A stretch of 64,000 bases of DNA from Octopus vulgaris (Eukaryota). The notes below the pieces were generated by a model. The model saw nothing but the letters and a program-made list of their open reading frames with translations, had not been told where the DNA came from and searched no databases. Position 1 is the first letter of the stretch, and every line of letters begins with the position of its first letter. The DNA lies in the NCBI GenBank assembly GCA_951406725.2, contig OX597819.1:27714001-27778000 (forward strand), in the 5' to 3' direction. The position numbers and the translations under genes were made by a program. This document shows positions 56,505-64,000 of this stretch, piece after piece.

Positions 56505-56738
56505 CACATGTGTTTGAGCCATGTCATTCTGATATAGCATGACAGACGTAAACGAGCATCACCATCAAACGAGCAGTGTCGGTTTTTTCCAATCCTTCTC
56601 AGAAACATGTCAGATCATGGGGAAATATTACCTATCTCGGAAACAAGTGTTGGCAACAAGACGGGCATCTGGCTGTAGAAAAGATCTGCCTGCCCCATGC
56701 AAACATGGAAAAGCGAACATTAAAACAGTAACGACGAC

Positions 56739-56778
<40 letters not shown>

Positions 56779-57548
56779 AATACAACAGTACATGTGTGTT
56801 TTAAATTACTATTATGATTCTACCTTGATGTAATTATTTCAATATTTTATTCCATTGTATTAAAACTGACTTAAAAGAAATTAAAATATTTTATTTAAAA
56901 GAAAAAAAAAACACATTGTTGCTGACTCCTCTTCACACTGACTCAAAGGCTCGAAGTGGGCGAAACAATTTGTTGACAGGAGAGACTAACAACACCGCCT
57001 TTTGCACTTTCATGCAAACAATCTCGCAGATGTAGACAAAACATATGTCAGTACATATGCATGCATAGACTCACACATACATAGACACATAATTTCTGTC
57101 TATCAAATCTACTCACAAGACTTGTGTTAGTCCAGGGTTAGGGTAGAAGACACTTCCCAAGGTGCCATGCAGTACGACTGAACCTAAAACCATGTGTTTG
57201 AAAGTGAACTTTTCAACCACTCAACCATACATACATGCATGCACACGCACACACACACACACTCATTCTTACATACACACACACACACATATATATACAC
57301 ACACACACAAGTTCTTTTTCCAGCCACATTCTAGATTGAATCCCACTGCATGGAACCTTATGCAAGTGTCTACTATAATCCTGGGCCAGTCAAAGCCTAA
57401 TGAGTGGATTTGGCAAATGGAAACTGAAAGAAGCCTGTTATTTATATGCCCAAAGAATGACTGTGCTAGAAAACATCATTGCATGGCTTTTCCAGGTGGT
57501 GCTACAAATTTAGCCATGGCCTGGGTCAATTCTGGTCAAAACTTATCT

Positions 57549-57591
<43 letters not shown>

Positions 57592-58081
57592 AGGGTGTTT
57601 ATGTGTTCTTGTCTTGACTTCATGTTTTGGTTGTAAATGAGTGTCACTGTTAAACAAGTGGTGTCCTTAATTTCCAATCTTACGTGAAAACACACCCAGC
57701 CACAGATGGAAGGAGTGGGGAATATTACTTTATTTAGCAACAAGAGAGTACCGGTGCCAAGACGGGCATCTGACTGATGAAAATCTGCCTCAAACAATTC
57801 CGTGCAGGCCATGCAAGCACGGAAAAGTGGATGTTAAAACAATGATGATAATGATGATGATGATGATATCTCTATATACAGACACATACACACGCACATA
57901 AATACATACATATATATAAACATAGATACATACAGACATCCATACATATATTTCTTGTATTTATGTTATCATAGTCATTTATGTTACTGACTGGTTGTAG
58001 TTATTGCTGCTGTTGCTGCTTAAGATGTTGCACTTATTAATATTGCTGCTGTTGTTGCTGTTGTTGTTACTCTCACCAGTA

Positions 58082-58306
58082 TCAATCATTTTCACGCTTC
58101 CTCTTCCTGTAAACTCGTACCATTTCTGAAGAGGTTAGTTTCTCTGCCCGTCGTGTCTCCCAGCTTTGGAAATCATTTAAAGATTTTAGTCCTGTGTGAA
58201 AGAGGAATTTTTCGGTGCTGTCCAAAGTTGCGGTCAAACTGGATGTGTCTTCATTTAAGGAACTCTGCGATGCATCCAAAATTTTTCGGAATCTTACTTG
58301 AAATGT
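58082..58306 (-). CDS. GINS3: GINS complex subunit 3 (PSF3), last coding exon
   Basis: Acceptor ttttaacAG, then TFQVRFRKILDASQSSLNEDTSSLTATLDSTEKFLFHTGLKSLNDFQSWETRRAEKLTSSEMVRVYRKRKREND*. Matches the PSF3 C-terminus and is in frame with the upstream exon. Confidence 0.95.
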   Translation of the reverse strand, partial: TFQVRFRKILDASQSSLNEDTSSLTATLDSTEKFLFHTGLKSLNDFQSWETRRAEKLTSSEMVRVYRKRKREND

Positions 58307-59123
58307 CTGTTAAAATAAAAAAAAAATAAGAAAAGCAAAAAAATAATTTAAGTAATAATGTATGGTTTGTGTTAATTGTGTTCCTTAACCCATTAGTGCC
58401 TGTGGTCCCTTTTTTAGGACCAGAAGGATAATCCATCATGTTTCTGCAACACCTGTATTTTTCTGAGATATTTTTAGTTAGTCATTGAGACTGGAGTGTC
58501 TTTCAAATCATCATCATCATCATCATCATTTAGCGTCCGCTTTCCATGCTAGCATGGGTTGGACGGTTCAACTGGGGTCTGTGAAGCCAGAAGGCTGCAT
58601 CAGCCCAGTCTGATCTGGCAGTGTTTCTACGGCTGGATGCCCTTCCTAACGCCAACCACTCCGTGAGTGTACTGGGTGCTTTTTACGTGCCACCCGCACA
58701 GGTGCCGTCAAATATTGTAATAAAACTTTTTTTATATATTTAGTATCAGATAAAGTTGTATAAAAAAAATCTTTGGTAATAAATTAAATAAATAAAATTT
58801 GGGCACTAATGGGTTAATGAAGACTCCCTAAGCAGAATGATTCCTATAAATTGTAACCTACCCTCTTTAAAAAGGGAGAAATTACAAAGTAATCTTTTCC
58901 AAGATGTTTTTTGTTTGAGTAAAACAAAGACAAAATGGCTCAACTTGGGGTTTAAAAAAAGCTATTTGTTATTCATAGATACACAACCACGAAGTTATGG
59001 GTTTAATCCCACTGCAACGCACCTTGGGGAACTGTCTCCTACTGTAGCCCAGGGCCAACCAAAGCATTATGAGTGGATTTGAAGATGAAACAGAAAGAAA
59101 CCCGTCATATGTGTATGTACGTG

Positions 59124-59154
<31 letters not shown>

Positions 59155-59592
59155 TACTGTCTCCTTGATTCGACTTCATGTGATGGCTGTAAACGAATGT
59201 CACCGTCATGCAAGCAGTGTCCTCCGTTTCCAATCTTCTATGAAACATACCTGCTCATGGTGAATATGAACTTACCAGGAAAAAGGTGAGGGTTATTGAC
59301 AGGAAGGGTATCGGGCTATAGAAAATCCGCCTCAACAAGCTCCGTCAGACCCAAGCATGCATGGAAAAGTGAACGTGATGACGATGACGATGATGATGAT
59401 GATGATGATGATGAAGGGCTTCTCGATAAAAAAAAATTTCATTACACGCAAGGGAGACAACTCTTAGTTAATAGTCAATATCAATGTAAGGGAAACAACT
59501 CGTTCGAAAACCGCGACATATCAGAGATCATGTTTTTTAAACAAACCAACAAAGGAACAGGGACAAGCGTTAGAAGTGTTTTCTCAACTTAC

Positions 59593-59867
59593 ATCGAGCA
59601 AGGATTTAGCAACGTCGTCTATTTCTGTAAAAGGGAAATATCGTAACTTGCAGCCAAGGTCATAGAAATAAGGTCCAAGTTTGTGCAGGTTCACAACGCT
59701 GGCATCAGCCATCATCACCTCTCTATAACCTATTCGATAAGGCTTGGGTAGCTCAACACTGATAATATGCCTTTTCTGACTACAAAGAGCTTGTGCCAGC
59801 CAAAACGGGAACTCAAGTTTCGTGCCGGGTTTGATGTCTTTTTCGTCTGAACTTGGGTCGAGGAAAC
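59593..59867 (-). CDS. GINS3: GINS complex subunit 3 (PSF3), internal coding exon
   Basis: Translation (G)FLDPSSDEKDIKPGTKLEFPFWLAQALCSQKRHIISVELPKPYRIGYREVMMADASVVNLHKLGPYFYDLGCKLRYFPFTEIDDVAKSLLD matches PSF3 as I recall it (KLELPLWLA...SVELPK...AD..VVDLHKMGPHFY). Acceptor ttccAG precedes 59867; donor GTAAGT follows 59593; 275 bp, ends in phase 0. Confidence 0.95.
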
Positions 59868-59919
59868 CTGGAAATAAAATATAATCAAAAAGAAAAAACT
59901 TCAATTCTTTTTTTTTATT

Positions 59920-60136
59920 ATTCTTTTTATTCTTTTACTTGTTTCAGTCATTTGACTGCGTCCATGCTGGAGCACCGCCTTTAGTCGAGCAAATCGACCC
60001 CGGGACTTATTCTTTGTAAGCCCAGTACTTATTCCATCGGTCTCTTTTGCCGAACCGCTAAGTGACGGGGACGTAAACACACCAGCATCGGTTGTCAAGC
60101 AATGCTAGGGGGACAAACACAGACACACAAACATAT

Positions 60137-60167
<31 letters not shown>

Positions 60168-60320
60168 CGACAGGCTTCTTTCGGTTTCCGTCTACCAAAT
60201 CCACTCACAAGGCTTTGGTCGGCCCGGCGCTATAGCAGAAGACACTTACCCAAGTTGCCACGCAGTGGGACTGAACCCGGAACCATGTGGTTGGTCAGCA
60301 AGCTACTTACCACACAGCCA
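59920..60320 (-). mobile_element. SINE family A in the GINS3 intron, ending about 50 bp from the acceptor
   Basis: Reverse-complement match. Confidence 0.92.
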
Positions 60321-60597
60321 TACGTTTTTATTGTTTTTATTTAGTCCAGGTTAGCTCTAATGGAGCAGCACTATAGTAAAAGACATTCCAAAACTGACTA
60401 TCCCATCTTTTATACATAAATAAACATAATGCAGACATGGACATGGGTTTGGTTGTGTGCAACCATTTGGTTCCAGGCTCAGTTCTGTTGTGTAGCACCT
60501 AAGGCAAGTATTTTCTATTACAACCCAGGGCAGACCAAAGCTTTGTGAATAGATTTAGTGGATGAAAACCGTCATAAATACAGGCATATAAATGTGC

Positions 60598-60691
<94 letters not shown>

Positions 60692-60697
60692 ATATGC

Positions 60698-60754
<57 letters not shown>

Positions 60755-60768
60755 CATATATGTGTGTG

Positions 60769-60813
<45 letters not shown>

Positions 60814-60991
60814 TAAGGGTTAAGCAACAAGATGCTTCGTGGTGAAGCAACTTGTTGCTTAACCCCTAATTATATTTATATAAAAACATTTTGTAAAAGT
60901 TTCTACCGATAATGGTTCTCTTTCCATACTGAAACTACTTGGTAAAAATTTATTAATTATTAAATCAATAATTGTTTACTCTTTATCTGTA

Positions 60992-61058
<67 letters not shown>

Positions 61059-62249
61059 TATATACATTTATATAAGAAGGAGAAAGGGGATTAAAAAATC
61101 CAGGCAGATATAAATGACGCACTCAGTTTTGAAGGAATTTGGTTAACAATGTCCAACGATCTGGCACCAGTAAATGTGAGCAGAATACACATCCACGGTA
61201 ATTCCTCATATACAATAAGTAGATACAAATATCATTTAGAAGAATTTGAAGAAATTCAGAGTATTTGACAACAAAAATAAATATAGAGAAAAACACAATT
61301 TTTATTGTAGAATTCACCTTACAAAGCTGGCAGCTGTTTCTATTGTATTAACATAAAATATCATTGAAATTAATATTTCCAAAAATAAATGTTAACACAA
61401 CGTTTTCAAGGTGATTAAAACTAATTTTGGATCACCTTGAAAAAAATGTGTTAATATATATTTTCAGAAAATATTAATTTTCACATTTTCTGTCATGTCT
61501 TGTTTCTTAAGATGGTAAGGTGTAATTTAAGCTGCTATTTCTAGCAAGTCAAATAGCCACACAAAGTAGTGTCTACTAATCTTGACACTACCAAGAACCC
61601 CCTTCTATTTAAATTGATTTTTCCATGGAGTCCAAATTTTTTAAATATCTGCTAAATAAATCTTGAACTCAATTCACAGATTTCCAGGACTTTCTTTGCA
61701 GGCCCTAAGTTAGGAACTACAGAAAAAGAGGTTACCCCCACTGAATCATGCCAAAAATATACATTTACAGATGGTTTCCTGCGAAGAAAGCTTAAATTAA
61801 GAATTTACCTGGCACCATCTATTTTATATTCTGCCACAGGTTGGTATAGATAAATTATACAGCAGAGGTTAAATCAATGTATTCACACAATGTACTTCGC
61901 GAGACTACCAAAATGCTTTCTCTTACTACTACTGCCCACTACTCTTTATAAGAGTTCGGCTAGTCCATTCTTCCAATCCTCCAGGAGTGTCAATGAGCCT
62001 CACTACAATTTATTTAGGTGGCAGATAAAATAATAATGATTCTTAACATAGGCACAAGTAACAACTTTCAGGGAAAGAAGTTGATTTACTCAATCTAATT
62101 ACTCGAACGGTACATATTTTATGTAAATCCTACCTCATCACTGGAAGGATGAAGTCCTGAGTTGACCACAGTGTAGATTCAACTCCTCAGAACAAAGTGA
62201 AATGTGCAAGAACAAATAATAGGGATTTTGCTGCATTTTGGAAGAGTCA

Positions 62250-63080
62250 TTAGGCCTGGCAGAAACGTTAGCATGCTGAGTATTTCGTCTGCCGTTACAT
62301 TCTGAGTTTAAATTCCGCTGAGGTCGACTTTGCCTTTCATCCTTTCGGGGTCGATTAAATAAGTACCAGTTACACACTAATCCGTGTGTATGTCCTTGTT
62401 TGTCCCCTCTGTGTTTAGCCCCTTGTGGGTAGTAAAAAAATGGGTATTTTGTCTGCCATTACGTTCTGAGTTCAAATTCCGCTGAGTTCGACTTTGCCTT
62501 TCATCCTTTCGGGGTCAATTAAATAAGTACCAGTTACGCACTTAATCTGTCTGTCTGTCTTTGTTTGTCTCCTCTGTGTTTAGCCCCTTGTGGGTAGTAA
62601 AGAAACAGGTATTTTAAAAGAAGGCAGCAAGCTGGCAGGAACGTTAGCGCGCCGGGCAGAATGCTTAGCGGTATTTTGTCTGCTGTTACGTTCTGAGTTC
62701 AAATTCCGCCAAGGTCAACTTTGCCTTTCATCCTTTCAAAGTTGATTAAATAAGTGCCAGTTAATCACTGGGGTCGATGTAATTGACTTAATCCTTTATT
62801 TGTCCCCTCTATGTTTAGCCCCTGCTGGGCAATAAAGAAATAAATAAACACACACAGTGGTTCAATTTTATTATTATGATTATTCTGTCAGAACCAATAG
62901 CACATTGGGTGAAATTAGCAGTATTTCGTCTGTCTTCACATTCTGAGTTCAAATTCCGCCAGGGTCAACTTTACCTTTCATCCTTTCAAGGTCGATAAAA
63001 TAAGTATCGGTTGAGAACTAAGGTCAATGTAATCAACTATCTTCCCCAAAATTTCAGGCCTTGTGCCTTTAACAGAAAGG
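62250..63080 (+). mobile_element. Cluster/concatemer of SINE family B
   Basis: Four GTTCTGAGTTCAAATTCCGC..CCTTTCATCCTTTC-type units. Confidence 0.85.
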
Positions 63081-63127
63081 ATTATTATTATTATCATTAT
63101 TATTATTATTATAATTATTATTATTAT

Positions 63128-63660
63128 TGAGTGAGAGAGCAGTGCATGCCATCAAAGTGACACTGGGGTAAAATATACAAAGCCCAGTATACCCATCATG
63201 ACTACCCGTCTGATAAGGGTATGCCAGGCACATGCATCACAGCCATATGTGCGCGACATGGTGATCTCATATCAAAATAAACAGCACATGACCTTGCAGG
63301 TGGGGCCCAGTTAGAATTTTCTTCTGGACAAGTAACCCATCCCGCTCAAAAGGTCCATGAATAAGGGTTCTTTAAGGATGTTGAACGAAACACCCTTGTT
63401 TCCAAAGGTGAATTATTCAAACCCCAAAGAATCCCTCTCAACACATGGCTATGATGCTCCCCCACTACTTCTGCTCGTGATCAGAGATGCACATATCGTC
63501 AGCTACTAAGGGACATGCTCAACTGGTTATGGTCAAACAAGTGACAAGCAAATCTGTGGTATTGAGCAGAATATTTGCTGTAGCCCATCTTTTATACCAA
63601 GACAAAACAATGTACATGATAACACTTCCAATCAGTTAAGATCAGAAGCCATGAGAGCCA
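63128..63660 (+). repeat. Unclassified interspersed repeat next to (ATT)n
   Basis: 63128-63418 is the reverse complement of about 44030-44318; both abut (AAT)n tracts at the same end; right boundary uncertain. Confidence 0.75.
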
Positions 63661-64000
63661 CTGTGTGTGTGTGTGTGTGTGTGTGTATTTGTGTGTCTCC
63701 CCTCCCCCGGCATCGTTGGTGTGTTTACGTTCCCGTAACTTAGCGGTTCGGTAAAAGTGACCGCAAGAATAAGTACTAGGCTTACAAAGAATAAGTCCTG
63801 GGGGTCGATTTGCTCGACTATAATGGCGGTGCTCCAGCTCGGCTGCAGTCAAATGACTGAAAAAAGTAAAAGAGTAAAAGAGTATATGCTTAAGCTTCGA
63901 GAAAAGAAAGAAACAATGCGTTAAAAAAAAAGCTATGCTATATTTTTATAACGAAGTTATTCCGCTTTGTAAGATAATTGTCTCCCTTGGATCCGTAACT

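Noticed and set aside
61800-62000. First exon of GINS3
   Set aside because: Minus-strand frames near the donor-like site do not resemble the PSF3 N-terminus; the exon is probably beyond the window or was not recognised.

Overview
Eukaryotic, AT-rich, microsatellite-saturated animal genomic DNA. The SINE/LINE repertoire and repeat load suggest a coleoid cephalopod, probably Octopus (inference). Almost all supplied ORFs are simple-repeat artefacts. The only clear host gene is GINS3/PSF3: two minus-strand exons at 59593-59867 and 58082-58306, first exon not found. The rest is several tRNA-derived SINE families, decayed CR1/L2-group and Tx1/L1-clade LINE fragments, a maT/DD37D-type transposase relic, non-autonomous Helitron-like elements, a 34-bp satellite apparently derived from a SINE segment, and a 100-N gap. 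The most notable hidden signal is a set of ten type I hammerhead-ribozyme (HHR) motifs (CUGANGA - stem II - GAAA - palindromic minimal stem III - NUH - stem I), intact or degenerate, from about five small non-coding element families. They sit in direct or inverted repeats, as expected for Penelope-like pseudo-LTRs or retrozymes. One pair (39348-40018) predicts a 448-nt self-excised, potentially circular RNA. All folds were checked by eye only and activity is untested; SINE and LINE boundaries are approximate.
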